From the NCBI RefSeq assembly GCF_006345805.1, contig NC_043000.1, positions 125,736,001 through 125,800,000 of the forward strand: DNA of 64,000 nucleotides, read 5' to 3'. The notes beneath the pieces were generated by a model. It did no database searches and had not been told where the DNA came from. It saw only the letters and a list, made by a program, of their open reading frames with translations. Position 1 is the stretch's first letter, and each line of letters begins with the position of its first letter. Made by a program: the position numbers and the translations under genes. Below are positions 1 through 14,171 of the stretch, in pieces. This stretch comes from Octopus sinensis. Its lineage: Eukaryota.

Positions 1-3000
1 AACAAGTACCCCTCCTCTCTCTCTCTCGTATTTTTTTTAAACAGCATCTCCTTTATTCATCAACCCAAATGACTTTGTCAGCAGATTTTTCATTATAAAA
101 GAAAACTAACTCATTTAGTTCTCTCCTTTCTAAGTATAAAGGGTCCTTTTCAGTACAATCTCCCTCCTTCCTTCTATTCAAAGAACTATCCTTGAGTCTG
201 TTGTTTCCAAGTTTGTGTATTCCTTTTCTCTTTACTTTCTTCCACCCTTTTAATCTCTCTTGTCCCCAAATATGAATCACTCTTTCAAATTATCCCCAAG
301 TCTTTGACTTTCAATTAACCTCCACACTGATATGACTTAACCTTCACTGAAGGTGCCCAGTTCGAAATATGTACTCAACTGCACTAACCTCCAACCAGTT
401 CCTTCCCTCAAATATATCAAGGTGTCAATTATATTTTGTAATGTTTCTTGATTGGTGTGTTGCCAGTTTAACTGAAGCAGTTGATGTAATACCCTTATAA
501 TGTTTTGTCAATAGTTTTACATAGCACACAACTAGATTTGCAGTGAATTTCACAAAAAGAATAGTACTCACTGGTTCTTCTGAATATCTGCAGACCATAG
601 AAAAGTGTTTCCCCACGTAAAGGTGCCGGACTTCGGGTCACATATTACTGGGACAAATATTGTATTGTGACCCCAAATCAAAGTGCAAACTGCTGGCTCC
701 AGTTTACCAAACTGATATATAACGAATATCATCCCATTCCCTGTAGCTGGTCAGATGGTGGTAAAAAAACAAGGAGCATCCACTGTGGAAGTAATTGCAT
801 CAACAAATGCTGCCCTATTCAAAATGGATGTAAAACAGCAAAACAAAAACAAATAATAACAATAACAAGGATTTCTTACATTTCCCCACTGCTGTTTTTT
901 CAACACTTGCAACAAATAGTATCTGTTGGCTGGACATTACATGGCCAGCTGATATTTTTTTAATTTTTAAGTAACCGAAATATCATTATAGGTATTGCAC
1001 TCAATTAATTTGAAAATTTTCTAGAGGAATAACATTCACCAGGAGTTGCAGATAATTAGTTCCTTCAATTGTAGCTTTATACAAAGACAAACAGCTAATG
1101 CTGCAGGGTGCATGTACCGCAGGAGATGTGTGTATCACCAAGAAGTTTTCAGGTCAGGGTTCACATTTCTTGCTGACAGTTGTAATTTTAGTAAATTTAA
1201 ATCAAGCTGTAATTTACTCACTTCCATTGGCATTCTCTAATAGACTCCAGACAAGTTTAAAAAGGTATTTATCACAGCAGTGACAGCTATTAAATACAGC
1301 ATCTTGTGGCAATTCAGCCATTTCTATTCTTATTGAAATACATTATTTGCGTTAAATTATTACAATATCTTAATATTATCGCAACAGGTTAAAGCTACAA
1401 TTAAGCTCCATGAATACATAAACATATAAAGCACTTTTTAAACCGGTTTACCCTCTCGGCACAAATATTTTCCAAGGGTATCTTCTTGTTCCTTCTTAGC
1501 AACTCCTCAAAATGACTCTAGATTCCTAAAATGGTAATACTGCACTCCTGCTTTTGCGTATTTCCAATTGTAATTCCTGATTGACCATGAATTCTTACAA
1601 CCTCTGTATATGAAAGGTCTTTTGAGCTCCTATATTTTTCTCGTAGATAAACCATTTTTCAGCATTGTTAGGATTACAACAAACTTCGCTTCCCTTTTAA
1701 ATCAAAAAGTCTATAATCCTTGATCAGTTATTGAGTCTTTGTAAGATTCACTTAGATGCCAGTCTAAAATATCAGTTAATGGATGTTGCACTTGGCTGCT
1801 ATCAAAATCTAGCCACTAGGTAAACCTTTAATCTCTACTTCAAAAATGTCTTCTTTTTGGTTCTTCTTTCATGACCACAGATGTTGTTCTTCTCTTTTAC
1901 CTTTATGGTTTCCTTATCAAATGCATCTTTCTTTTTCCCTAAGTCCAAACTTTCTTAGTTTCTTACTTTATGCAGTTTCTTTAGAATATAAGGCTTTGAT
2001 AACTCTTACAGTGTATTGGCTGTAAAACTGTTCAATACCTGACTTCAAGATTATGAGTTCAAACTTTCTACAGCCTTTATTATGTCCCTTGTGTACTTGC
2101 CTCTCTACTGTTAAGGTGAAACTAAGTATTATTTCTACTTTGTAATTGATTATTTAGTTTAAAATGGTACCAGTTGTGGATTTATGAAAATTTGGAAAGA
2201 AAATAGGGGGGAAAATATTTCCACACAAGTTTTCTAAAGAAAAAGTTGGACTAAATATTAACGGATATCAGCCAATTATTCCATCCTTCACAATCACTGA
2301 AAACCTTATGAGATTTGCACTAAAAATATAGCACCAACTAAAACGGTTCCATTAATAATACCAGGAAAAATAAAAAAGAAAATGGCATAGAAATACATAT
2401 TTCAGGGATAATAAAACGAGTTTCATAGAGAGAATTTTTCCTAATGCTTATGCAATTCAAATTCAGCACCATTTATTGAATTCCTTTGAAATCTGCCAAT
2501 CTGTTCAACTCATATAAAATGTGATGTCCATCACATATTGAACTGCTCTAAATGGAGCCTGTCATATGCTTGGCATAAAGGAAATATTTTCCTTTTATTT
2601 CTAGTTACAAAAGTTTTCCTTTGTTTGCCAAACACCAAACTGCTATTTATTAAGGGTACTTCGTATCACAATGTATTGTAATATTCATTTTTTCGTTCTC
2701 TGTATTTTTTCCTCTCTCATTAACTTGCTATAGAATATGGCTCTTTATGTAAGAATTCCTATAGAGCTTTCTACCTTCAGTGACACATGAAATAGAAGCT
2801 ACTGTGGTTTAGAAAATTATGTCGCTGCAGTGTTTAAGCTAGATTTTGCCTAGTTTTCAACCATTTAACTGTTTATATTTTGACAATGACATTTAATCTT
2901 TCATGGCTTAGAATATAAAAGGGATGGAAATAAGAGATTGTCATGGGATTTCAAATCTAAAAGGTTATAGATTTCCAATGCCTGCTTACCCATTCTTATT

Positions 3001-3559
3001 GTATAAGAAAGATTAAATTCAATTTTCTACTTTTGGATTTAACTTTGATTTTGAAGTCCATGTATCAAGACAGAGTTTTCTATACACTGTGAAAAATTGC
3101 TCTGACACTAATATAATCGTTTTATATCTCTTTGTTATTGGTGAATTCACATTCAGCGAAGTGTCCATTAGTAACTAAGCACTACACAGCATCAGTACAC
3201 TGTTGCTCTTTTATAGGAACGGCAACCTATAATTTTCTATCACTTTCTTTGTGCCTACTTTATGTACAGTAGTAATGGAGACCTTTCTCAACTGATTCAA
3301 AGCATGTTTTATGGAAATTATTTTTATTGGTCAGTCTAGACAGGAGGATACATTTATCTAGGCAACGTTGATAGTTTAATGTTTACTTTAATTGTGGTTT
3401 AAGAGAAAACATGAGCCAGAAGAGAAAGTTGCATTGGCACGCAGTTCTATGTAGAAATAATTTAGCAAAATATTTTTATCTCTTGCGAGAAAATTAATTC
3501 TTCAAACAGAATGAATAAGTATGCCTAGTTTATGCAAGGAGCCTGTTCATCACTACAGT

Positions 3560-4080
3560 TTTGTGTTGTACCTGTATGCGCTATCAGTGTCCTCTCCATC
3601 CAGTTCTTGATAACATTGCTCCATCATTATATTATCTTTGTCATTTGGTTGCCTGTTTTCTGTCCATCCTGCCCCTGACCTCTAGGATATGGACACCGAA
3701 ATGTTGGACTTCTGATAGCATGGCCATCCATTTTTATTTGGCTTATATCACTTTCCAGGACTACAAACCACTAAACTAAGTTTCTAGATTGTTAACATAG
3801 CATCAATTTCACACTCCTCCCTGCTTCAGTGAAACAGTAATGGACTAGGAAACCCCAAGTCACTTCATTCTAAGATTTTGATATTTGCTCTGCCAATATA
3901 TACAGAATGTCGATTTTTTAAATCTAAAAGTGTGTAGTATGTGTCTCTTCAATGCCTTCATCCATTCTCCATATTTTCTTGTGTATAAGTCACACTCCCA
4001 ATTTAATTTTAAATCTTGGTATAAAATCTCTCCTTGTACTTCAAACTTTACTCCATATATGTCCATATAATTTTCCAATT
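3560..4080 (-). mobile_element. Possible highly degraded RTE LINE 3' remnant
   Basis: Weak remnants KKIWRM and QIKMDGHAIRSPTFRCPY (QLRWAGHV.RMP..R.PK-like). Confidence 0.35.
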
Positions 4081-5242
4081 GAAATCAAGGTTAAAATGGT
4101 TCATCCTATACATGAGTAAGTACAGTGGCAGTGTTTTAGTTTGCAGTAAACTGATGGAGAAATATATTGCCTGAAGCCTAAAAGGCTATGTAACTCTCTC
4201 TTCCATTCATTCTGAGGAAGTATGGTCAGCAGCATTAGCGTTATTCTTGTATGTTAGTTGTCAACAAGTTGTAATGCGATGATGAAATCTCAGTGAAAGA
4301 AAATTCAAGAGAGTTTAGTTCAGTAATAGGGACTGAAAAAATAATTTATATTGTCGTTTAGACACAGGTGAATCCCAGTGGAGCAAAGCTCTGATCAAAG
4401 GCATTCCAACCATGACCGTTGTATTGAATTTTGTTAACAGAAAATAATTTTAGACCACAGTTACTCATTATTTAATTACAAAAGTACGTTGCTGTTGCTG
4501 CTAATGAATGACAGCTTACTTATTGTGCTAATGAATTTTTAATAAGACAGGCACAAATTATTAAAAAATATTTTTTTTAAAATTAAAATTCAGAAAATTC
4601 TTTTATGCAACAGCCCTCTTTGATAACTGAAATAAAATTTTATTAAATGGAGGGGACAAAACTATTACAGAGTTACGTCCCTTATACCCAATTACAGTTC
4701 CTTTTTTTATTTATTTATTCTTCCTGAACGCGCATATTTGCATATTTGAACCACCGAATTAGTGCTGTCATTTATGTTTGACAAATGATTTATTTCATTA
4801 AAATAAGATTATAATCTTCATGCATTTTTCATCTTACTGCAATTATCTTTGAAAAATTAATACTTGAGTGAGTGTTTGTGTGATGCACTTGTGTGCATTG
4901 AGCACTTTTGATGAATGCCTCGCTCTGATTAATTATGAAACATCCTGTGGGATACTTTGGTGTCTTGTTACTGAGGGTGAGCGTATGTGTGTGTGTGTGT
5001 GTGTGTGTGTGTTTGTTTGTGTATTTACTCTACATAACATATTGTCTGCTTTGTTTTTGTTTTATGTAAAAACAGTTAAAAATTCTTATAACACCTGTGA
5101 GTGTATATGTGTATGGATGTGTGTGTGTGTGTATATATTTGTTTATATTACACACACACATATACACCTACAATTCTTTTTACAGTGCACTTTCTCTTTG
5201 CGTTTTGCTGACACACAGTTACAGATTATTTGAAAACACCTG

Positions 5243-5280
<38 letters not shown>

Positions 5281-5395
5281 GAAGCTTCAACTTCTAAGGA
5301 AATATGCACACTCTTTATATTGAGTACTTCAAACACCCATGTTTGGAAATACACACATTCAGATATGCATATAGTATGTGTGTACATATGTATGT

Positions 5396-5454
5396 CCATG
5401 TATATATATATATATATATGTGTGTGTGTGCGTGTGGTGTGTGTATATATATAT

Positions 5455-5503
<49 letters not shown>

Positions 5504-5518
5504 ATAAATACGTGTATG

Positions 5519-5549
<31 letters not shown>

Positions 5550-5633
5550 ATATATATATATGTTTGTGTGTGTATATATATATATGTGTGTGTATGTGTA
5601 TATATATATGTATATATGTGTATGTATATATAT
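5396..5633. repeat. Compound (TA)n/(TG)n microsatellite
   Basis: Direct reading; source of spurious YIYI/CVCV ORFs. Confidence 0.95.
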
Positions 5634-5878
5634 ATCATCATCATCATCATCGTTTAACGTCCGTTTTCCGCGCTAGCACGGGTTGGACGGTTTCGACCGG
5701 GGTCTGGGGAGCTAGGGACTGCTCCAGGCTCCAGTCTAGTCTGGCAGTGTTTCTACAGCTGGATGCCCTTCCTAACGCCAACCACTCCGCGAGTGTAGTG
5801 GGTGTTTTTTACGTGCCACCTGCACAGGTGCCAGAGGGGTCTGGCATCGGCCACGTTCGGATGGTGCTTTTTCTATGT
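5634..5878 (-). mobile_element. LINE 3'-end-like repeat with (GAT)n tail (probably RTE-related)
   Basis: catcatcat-cgtttaacgtccgttttcc...ggatgcccttcctaacgccaaccactcc. Related copies at about 11355-11535 (+), 13120-13300 (+), 27160-27420, 53575-53810 and 56405-57350. Confidence 0.7.
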
Positions 5879-6060
5879 GGGGGGGGGGGGCAGAAATATA
5901 GGGGAGCACCAGTGGGGAGGGGTGGTTCAGAGAATGATGACAGGTTCTTAGGCAAGTAGAACGTAGGATATCAAGAGGGTAATGCATGGTGAAATAGCGT
6001 ATTGAGGAGGGGGGTTCGAAGAGTAGACACCTATAATGGTGGTGGGAGAAACAACATCCG

Positions 6061-6442
6061 GTATGTATATGTATATATGTATATGTATATATATATATGT
6101 ATATATATATGTATATATATATATGTGTATATATATATATGTGTATATATATATATGTATATATATATGTATATATATATATATGTGTATATATATATAT
6201 GTGTATATATATATATATATATGTGTATATATATATATGTATATATGTGTATATATGTATATATATATATGTGTATATATATATATATATATGTGTATAT
6301 ATGTATATATATGTGTATATATATATATATAATATATATGTATATATATATATATGTGTTATATATATATATGTATATATATATATGTATATATATATAT
6401 GTGTATATATATATATGTGTATAATATATATGTGTATATATA

Positions 6443-6473
<31 letters not shown>

Positions 6474-6702
6474 GTGTATATATGTGTATATATATGTATA
6501 TATGTGTATATATATATATATATGTGTATATATATGTATATATGTGTATATATATATAATATATATATATATATAATATATGTGTATATATATATATATA
6601 TATTGTATATATATATATATATGTGTATATATATATGTATGTGTATATATATATGTATGTGTATATATATATATGTATGTGTATATATATATATATATAT
6701 AT
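6061..6702. repeat. About 640-bp compound (TA)n/(TG) microsatellite
   Basis: Direct reading. Confidence 0.95.
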
Positions 6703-6865
6703 TGGAAGGTTTGGAGATGATGTACAGGTAATTTATATTAGAAGAAATGGGGTACTCAGAAATTCGGCTGGTTTTATATTCATAGATATTTATTTGTATA
6801 TTACATGTTTTTATACATCATATATCAAATTTTAGTGCTTTCATCCATTCTAGTGGAGTTGTCAA

Positions 6866-6901
<36 letters not shown>

Positions 6902-7045
6902 TGCTCTACCATTTGTTGCTTTATGTAACAAACATTTCTATATTTACATTTTCAAATATTAACAAAAAAAAACATACAAAATAAATATAAAAAAAAACAG
7001 ACGAATAAATGAACATGTTGTTTTATCTTCTTCTTCTCCTTGTAG

Positions 7046-7180
7046 GATATTGACAACTTGATGAATGAAGGTAACAAATCCAGAACTGTAGCAGCAACTA
7101 ACATGAATAGTGAGAGCAGCCGCTCTCATGCTGTCTTTAACATAATTGTCACTCAGACACTTGTTGACAGTGGGTCAATG
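7046..7180 (+). CDS. KIF13: Internal coding exon (phase 0-0, 45 codons) of a kinesin-3 KIF13A/B (Khc-73-like) motor domain, including switch I
   Basis: Seen: polypyrimidine tract plus TGTAG acceptor ending at 7045 and ATG|GTAAGT donor at 7181. Translation is [45 protein letters not shown]. Established: NxxSSRSH is the kinesin switch I motif, and [14 protein letters not shown]...[15 protein letters not shown] resembles KIF13 more than KIF1 ([20 protein letters not shown]). Confidence 0.92.
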
Positions 7181-7740
7181 GTAAGTGAATTCTCTCTTGT
7201 AAATTGTGTGCACCACTGTGATTCGATGTCTGTGAAGCTCTATTGATGTCTATCTTGTATCCAGTCATACATTGTATGATTGCAATCACATGGAAAGGTG
7301 GGGTTCTTGGTTCATTTCCTTTTTCCTTTTTTTTTTTTATTTCTATTTTTTTTACCAGTCACTTCCCCTCCCATCTCTTCTAATCTGTCTTTCGGCAGAC
7401 AGCAGCGGGGGTTGCAGTATTTAGGTGAAAATATTGTATTGTGATAGTTTTGTATTTATTCTATTTTATTTGTACTTTTTTTTTCTCCTAAGATTCAAGA
7501 TAGCTGTCGGAGATTTCCGCGAGGTTATATAGAAAAATAGGATTATGCACATCGATATTGGAGAAATATATGTAGTCTCGTTTCTCTTAAGTTTTCACCA
7601 ATAATTAGTAATTTGGAGGCAGTGAAGAAATATAAAGCTACCAGTGTTTTTATAATTGTTGTTGTTTTTGTCATTGTCAGCATTGTTGTCCTGATTATCG
7701 TCCTGATTATCGTTATTATCGATATGGTATTGTTGTTATC

Positions 7741-8148
7741 GCATAGGCATAGACATGGCTGTGCAGTCCAGAACTTCACTTTGCAACCACATGGTTTTGG
7801 GTTCATTCCTACTGTGTAGCACTTAGACAAGTGCCATGTAGCACTTTGGGCCAATGACATGTGACACTTTAGCTTAGCATCTCCTACTATAGCCCCTGGC
7901 CAACCAATGCTTTGTGAGGGAATTTGCTAAATTTGCTGTGTGCGTGTGTTAGTCTGCACACCACTTGACAACCGTTGTTGGTTTGTTTACATCCCTCTAA
8001 CTTTGTGGTTTGGCAAAAGAGACCAATAGAACGAGTACTAAACTTTAAAAAAATAAGTTCTGGGGGTTAATTTGTTTAATTGAAACCCTTCAAGGCAGTT
8101 CCGCTGCATGTTCACACTCCAATGACTTAAAAAAATAAAAGATAAAAC
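7741..8148 (+). mobile_element. tRNA-derived composite SINE (family S3)
   Basis: Head ggctgtg...gggttcattcc (B-box-like), body gcaaaagagaccaatagaa...gagtact, A-rich tail taaaagataaaa. Homologous to 17166-17854 and 50308-50659. Confidence 0.7.
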
Positions 8149-8385
8149 ATGACATTCTTATTATCATTACACCTATCTGTTGATGTTGTGGCTGACACCA
8201 CTGTCTTTCTCATCATTCTTGTCGCCGTGACCAACCATGGTCAGTGTTGTTGTCATCTTTGACGTCACCATCATCATTGTACTTCCAGCTTTGCCAATTT
8301 AAGTTGAATATATCTGTAAGAACATGAAACAGGTGAACTGAAAACTCATTGCTGTGCATTTACCCTGTTTGTCTCAGTCCTTCAT

Positions 8386-8416
<31 letters not shown>

Positions 8417-9184
8417 TTCACTCTCTCCTTCGCACACACCCTCTCGCTCATACTCTTCCTTCCCTTATGCTCCTTCACTCTCTTGCCCTCATCATCTTAC
8501 CCTCTCTCCCTCTCACCTGCTCCCTCTCACCTGCCCCCTCTCACCTGCTCCCTCTCCCTCAAACTCACAACCAATGAATAATCACTTTTATAAACTCACT
8601 GGACAGAAGTGGACTCTACTGCAAACCTTCTCTTGTGTGATAAGACTGACTAAGCAAGGCATTTTTAAAGCTGTTCAATTCACTATCACAAGTCTCCCAA
8701 AAGCTCTCAGCGACAAGTATTGCTACCTTTTAATGATCACATGATCTTTCTACTCACACAAGTGAATTGGAATGCTTTGCAGTGACTATAGCAGAACTTG
8801 AACTCCTAATTTATCTCCTGCTTGTCTTTCTAAATTGTGCAGTGGCATCTCAACTTTCTGCCCTTAATGTTGCGTTGCACGAAAAATCTTGCTGAGAAAT
8901 ATTGACAATTTCTGTTTTGATTGTCTCATTACAACATACATTTGAAATATAAAACTTTCAGTTCAGTGACGTAAACTGAATAAGAATATTTAAAAAAATT
9001 TTTTTGCATTAAGTTTAACAACCTGTTTCTTATCTGAGGCAAATAAAATCGATAGAGACTCAAGTGTCATTGCAGTCACAGAAAGTGATTAATCAGCTTT
9101 ATTATAGATATTCATACTGCTGATAGTGATGGTGGTAATAATGATAATAATGATAATAATAATAATAATAATAATATCAATAAT

Positions 9185-9543
9185 CTGATCACAAGCAGAA
9201 GTAGTGGGGGAGCATCATAGCCAGGTGTTGAAAGGAATTCTTCGAGGTTTGGATTATTCACCTTTGGAAACATGGGTGGTTCGTTCAACATCCTTAAACA
9301 ATCCTTATTCAGGGACCTTTTGATTGGGACAGGCTACTCGACCAGAAGAAAATTCTAACTGGGCCCCCCACCTGGAAGGTCATGCGCTGTTTATCTTGAT
9401 ATAAGATCACCATGTTGCGCACATATGGTTGTGATGTATGTGCCTGGTGTACCCTTATCAGACAGGTAGTCATGATGGGTATACTGGGCTTCGTATATTT
9501 TACCCCAGTGTCACTTTGATGGCATGCACTGCTCTCTCACTCA
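9185..9543 (+). mobile_element. Retroposon-like repeat with (AAT)n tail (family S4)
   Basis: GC-richer 360-bp segment ending ctctctcactc-aataataataat. Single copy here, so the call rests on its tail structure and on recognition. Confidence 0.5.
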
Positions 9544-9624
9544 ATAATAATAATAATATCAATAATAATAATAATACCAATAATAATAATAATAATAATA
9601 TCAATAATAATAATGATAATAATA

Positions 9625-9840
9625 ATCCTTTCTACTATAGGCACAATGCCTGAAATATTTTGGGGTGGGGTTAAGTCAATTATTTCAACCCCAGTACTCA
9701 TCTGGTACTTTATTTATCGACCCCAAAGGGATGGAAAGTACAGTCGACTTCAGTAGAATTTATACTCAGAACATGAAGACAGACGAAATACCGCCAAGCA
9801 TTTCACCCAGCATGCTAACAGTTCTGCCAGCTCACTGCTT
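9625..9840 (-). mobile_element. SINE family S1 (head GGCGGYGAGCTGGCAGAA, B box GAGTTCAAAT)
   Basis: Homologous to at least 10 other copies in the window. Confidence 0.8.
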
Positions 9841-10165
9841 GAATAATAAAGTAATAATAATAATAATATTTTAAAAAGGATTGACATAACTCTTAACAAA
9901 GGTAAACAGTCAAGATGAAGAGTGCGATTCAATTGTAATGGATATTTTATTGGTCGAATGATATTTCAACAGTTAGTCTGTCTTTGTCAAGTTCAAAATA
10001 AGAAGTGATAAAAATTCAAAATTATAGAAATTTAAATGTAAAGTATGAACAAGAGCAACCAGCATCCACACATTGATGGAATGACATCATCAGTCTCTAA
10101 GTTTCAATTTTATAATAGGTGAAAAGAAAAAGACAGAAAAAAATAATAATAATAATAATAATAAC

Positions 10166-10381
10166 AATCCTTTCTGCTGGATGCACAAGACCACAAATTT
10201 GTGGGGAGGGGATTAGTTGATTACATCAACCCTGGTACTCAACTGGTACTCAGTTTATCGACCCTGAGAGGATGAAAGGCAAAGTTGACCTCAGTGGAAT
10301 TTGAACTCAGAATTAAGCAGCAGACGAAATACTGCTAAGCATTTCACCTGGTGTGCTAACAATTCTACCAGCTCACCACTT
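10166..10381 (-). mobile_element. SINE S1
   Basis: Homology to the other S1 copies; (AAT)n flanks. Confidence 0.8.
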
Positions 10382-10412
10382 TAGTAATAATAATAATAAT
10401 AATGATAATAAT

Positions 10413-10626
10413 TATTTCTACTATACATACGAGGCATGAAATTTGTTGTGAGGGGGCTAGCCGGTTACATGGACACCAGTGTTCATCTGGTACTTTATTT
10501 TATTGACCCCAAGGGGTTGAAAGGTAAAATAAACCTCAGCAGCATTTGAACTAATAACTCAAACAACTAGAAGGTATGTTGCTAAACATTTTCACTGATT
10601 CATTAACAATTGTCAGCTTGCTGCCT
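10413..10626 (-). mobile_element. SINE S1 (older)
   Basis: Diverged homology to S1. Confidence 0.7.
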
Positions 10627-13529
10627 AGTAGCAGTAGTAGTAGTAGTAGTAGTAATGATTATTTCTTAATTTGCAAATCTTGAAATATGTTACACTGAAA
10701 TTCAATAATGTAGACTACTATGCCAATTAGCTGTAAACTGCATGTGGTCTATCTATCTATCTATCTATCTATATATATATATATACACACACATCTTTAT
10801 CTATATCTATCTCTTTATATATCTATTTATCTATATCTATTTCTCTATCTCTCTATCTATCTATTTATTTATCTATATATATACACACACACATATAATA
10901 ATAATGATAATTTCTGTTGATTCATCAATTAGCAATAACTCAATAATTAAATGTAGTCAATAACTAAATGTAGAGTAGTCTTCAATACATCTCCCTCACT
11001 CATCATTCACTACATCCAGTTCTCTAACCATCTGTCACTCTCTTCTCACATTCTTATGAAATTACCCATTCTTTCCTTGATCTCTGATCCTCAATCCATG
11101 TTCCCTCTTCTGGTCACCTTCTTGTACCTTGACAGTTTGCTCCTGCATCCTGCCACCTCCATCTTTATCTTTCTTCCTGCTATTCTCACCTGCCTTCACA
11201 TAACGTGGAGTAGTCATATATTTCCTCTCTAGTAAGTGACTTGAATTTGTCTTTTAATCATACTTTAGCTTCTCAATGCCTGGCATAAAGCCACCCTCTA
11301 TTTTCTCGTACACTTTCTTCAGTCAGGAGGACCTTTTCCTCTCTGTACATTGTCTTGCAAGTTGCCTGGTGAAAAAAAAAAGGCACCCAGCATGCACTGT
11401 AAAGTGGTTAATAAGCATTCAGCTGTAGAAATTATGCCAAAGCTGAGATTTGAATCCAGAGCAGCTCTGAGGCATGTTGGATCCTGTCACACTGTCCAAC
11501 CCATGCCAGTATGGATCATGGACATTGAACAATGAGATTATGACATTTTTAACTGAAACATTCATGATTTTCAGTACCCTTACGATTAACATTTCCTCTG
11601 TTTCAGTTGGTAATCTGATACTGTTTCCTCTCGAATAGTCTGTTGTTTGAATATATCTTGAAATATACAAAGGCTCTCAAGAAAATGCTTATTTTTATGT
11701 TTTAAAAAAAGTTATGCAAGTGATATGTGTAAAAACAGCTGTTTCAAGCTCACATTTTACATTTTCATTTCTAGCTCTTATGAGAATATCCAAACATATC
11801 CTGTCTAATTTATCACTGCATTCAGCTTGAAACCTCATACAAGGGAGGTCACTCTAAGAACTCTCGTCTTGTGAAATTGCATTGTTTAAGCAATATTTTC
11901 AGAACATTTTGAGAAAACAGTTCAAAACCAACCTTTTCATACTCCAAATTAGGTTGAAAATTATATATAATAAAGACATGAATCCTCCCTAGAGCTATGC
12001 CCCTATTACTCCTCTATCACTCACTCCCCTTATTTATCTCACTGTATTATGCTGTCAGTATGACTAAGGATTGCAGCAGTTCTCTCTGCTGTTAGCCAAA
12101 CATTGCTCCCTTTTGTAAGGTAAGGACCTTTGTTTCTTATCCTCTGCTCACCATCCTCTGTTTGCTTTCCTTCATCCATACCCATTGCTTATCTCTCAGT
12201 CACCCCCTCCTCTCCTCAATTCTCATTATACTATGCTCCTGTGGGACTGAAAATGGCAGTGGACCCCTTTTGTTTGTCATACATTGCCTGTAGTTAGGAC
12301 GTCCCTTTATCTATTCTGACCCTCTCTCTATTACTCGTCTGTGCTACTTATTGGTACCAAACCAAACTACTTTCCATTTACCATGCCGCTATGTACATCA
12401 CTCAATCCCTCTGGTCCTTTCCGTAACCTCTGTGTAGATAGCAGCATTAGACCACTTTGTGTCAGCATTCATCCAGATTGCATTGAGCTGGCTCCAACCA
12501 ACAAGTTCACCACGTCCCTTACAAATGCTGACCACATCTGACAATCAGCTGTGGTGGAGACTGTAATGGATACCCTCTCCTGGTTCCACTGCCAAAAACC
12601 ATAGATGCAGGGGTCCAATTGTACTTCCACACCCACCTCTGACATTACCAGCCATGTCTTCAGTTGGCCTTCAACTTATTTGAAGTGAGTTGGCAGAACC
12701 ATTAACATACCAGACAAAATGCTTGACAGTATTTCGTCTCTCTTTACATTTTGAGTTCTAGTTCCACCAAGGTTAGCTTTGCCTTTCATTCTTCAGGGTT
12801 GATTACAAGAAAAAACCCCAGAATTATACCACTTGTACTAAATTCACTCTACCTTCATCCTTAACATCCTATACTGCTTGTCTTAAACTTCTGTCACTCT
12901 GCCAGTATACTCCTGCTTTTTCTCCAACACATCTTGGGCCACTGTCTTCCCTTGCTCTGTTGCTTGAGTTTCATGAACTACTGACACCACCCTACAATCT
13001 CAGGATGAATACATTCATGCTGCTGTCACTTTTGCATCACACTCTGTAACGAGGCAGATGAGTGACCCCTGAAATTGTAAGTTTGTCCATTTAGTTATGA
13101 GTAGGGTGTGGCTACCTCTCTAGTGTAGCATCAAGAAAAATGCACTCAGTACACTGGATAAAGTAGTTGGTGTTTGGAAAGGTGTCCAGCTATAGAAAAC
13201 TAACCAAACTAAAACTGAGGAAGATAAGGTCCCCCGACCCACCTAGGGGAGCAGATCTATCCAACCCAACCCAATATTGATAGTGGGTGTAAAACAATGA
13301 TATGTATACGTATGTACATATGTACACACACAGAGAAAAAAAACTTATCCTTTCTTCCTTATTCCTATCCTTTACATACACCTTCCTCCTCTATTTTTTC
13401 CTTTTTTTTTTTTGCTGCTACTCATCTACCCTCATCTTTTCTCAACTATATTTCTGTTTCATCAAACTTTAGCCTCTCCTGTCATCTCTAGAATCACCAT
13501 ACACACACACACTCTCTCTCTCTCTCTCT

Positions 13530-13568
<39 letters not shown>

Positions 13569-13810
13569 TAAGAGAGTGACCACCATGTGGTCTACTCTAG
13601 CATTAAAAATAGATCCGCAAGGTTTCAGCCACAAAAGAAATTGTTTCCGTTGAAAGTTAGCACTACTACCAGCGCAAATATCTCCAAGTGGATGAAAGGC
13701 AAAGTCAACCACAGTGACATTTGAACACAGAACATGAAACCAGATGAAATGCCACTAAGCATTTTGTCTGGCATGGTAATATTTCTGCTAACTGCTGCCT
13801 TATTATTATT

Positions 13811-14152
13811 GAGAAGACCCCCTTCGGTCATGAATGACCATGGGATTGCACTTAGAAAGTTGCCCTCCGAGGCATTGGTCCGGGTAAGGTTGTTTGTGGA
13901 AGGCCAGCAGTCGCCCATGTATACCAGCCTCCCCTCCCCACACCACTGATGTTATCCAAGGGAAAAGCAAAGGGGCTGACACAGCTTGGCACCAGTGATG
14001 TCACAACTCATTTCTACAGCTGAGTTAACTGGAGCAACGTGAAATAAAGTGTCTTGCTCAAGAACACAACACGCAGCCTGGTCCGGGAATCGAACTCCCT
14101 ACCTCATGATCGTAAGCTCTATGCTCTAACCACTGAGCCATGTACCTTCACA
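13811..14152 (-). mobile_element. tRNA-derived SINE family S2
   Basis: Minus head tgtgaaggtacatggctcagtgg (A box)...gagttcgattcc (B box), followed by gtgttcttgagcaagacacttt. Confidence 0.85.
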
Positions 14153-14171
14153 ATAATAATAATAATAACAA

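Noticed and set aside
240-2110. Coding-like degraded stretch on the minus strand (Tc1 HTH-like KNGLSTRKI, or L1-like)
   Set aside because: Too many stops and no diagnostic catalytic motif; could not assign a family.
4736-4743. Octamer ATTTGCAT near CpGs
   Set aside because: The same 8-mer occurs at several other positions in this AT-rich window; no evidence of function.
13035-13085. cagatgagtgacccctgaaattgta hammerhead-like string
   Set aside because: The core is altered (CAGAUGA), with no convincing stem I or II.
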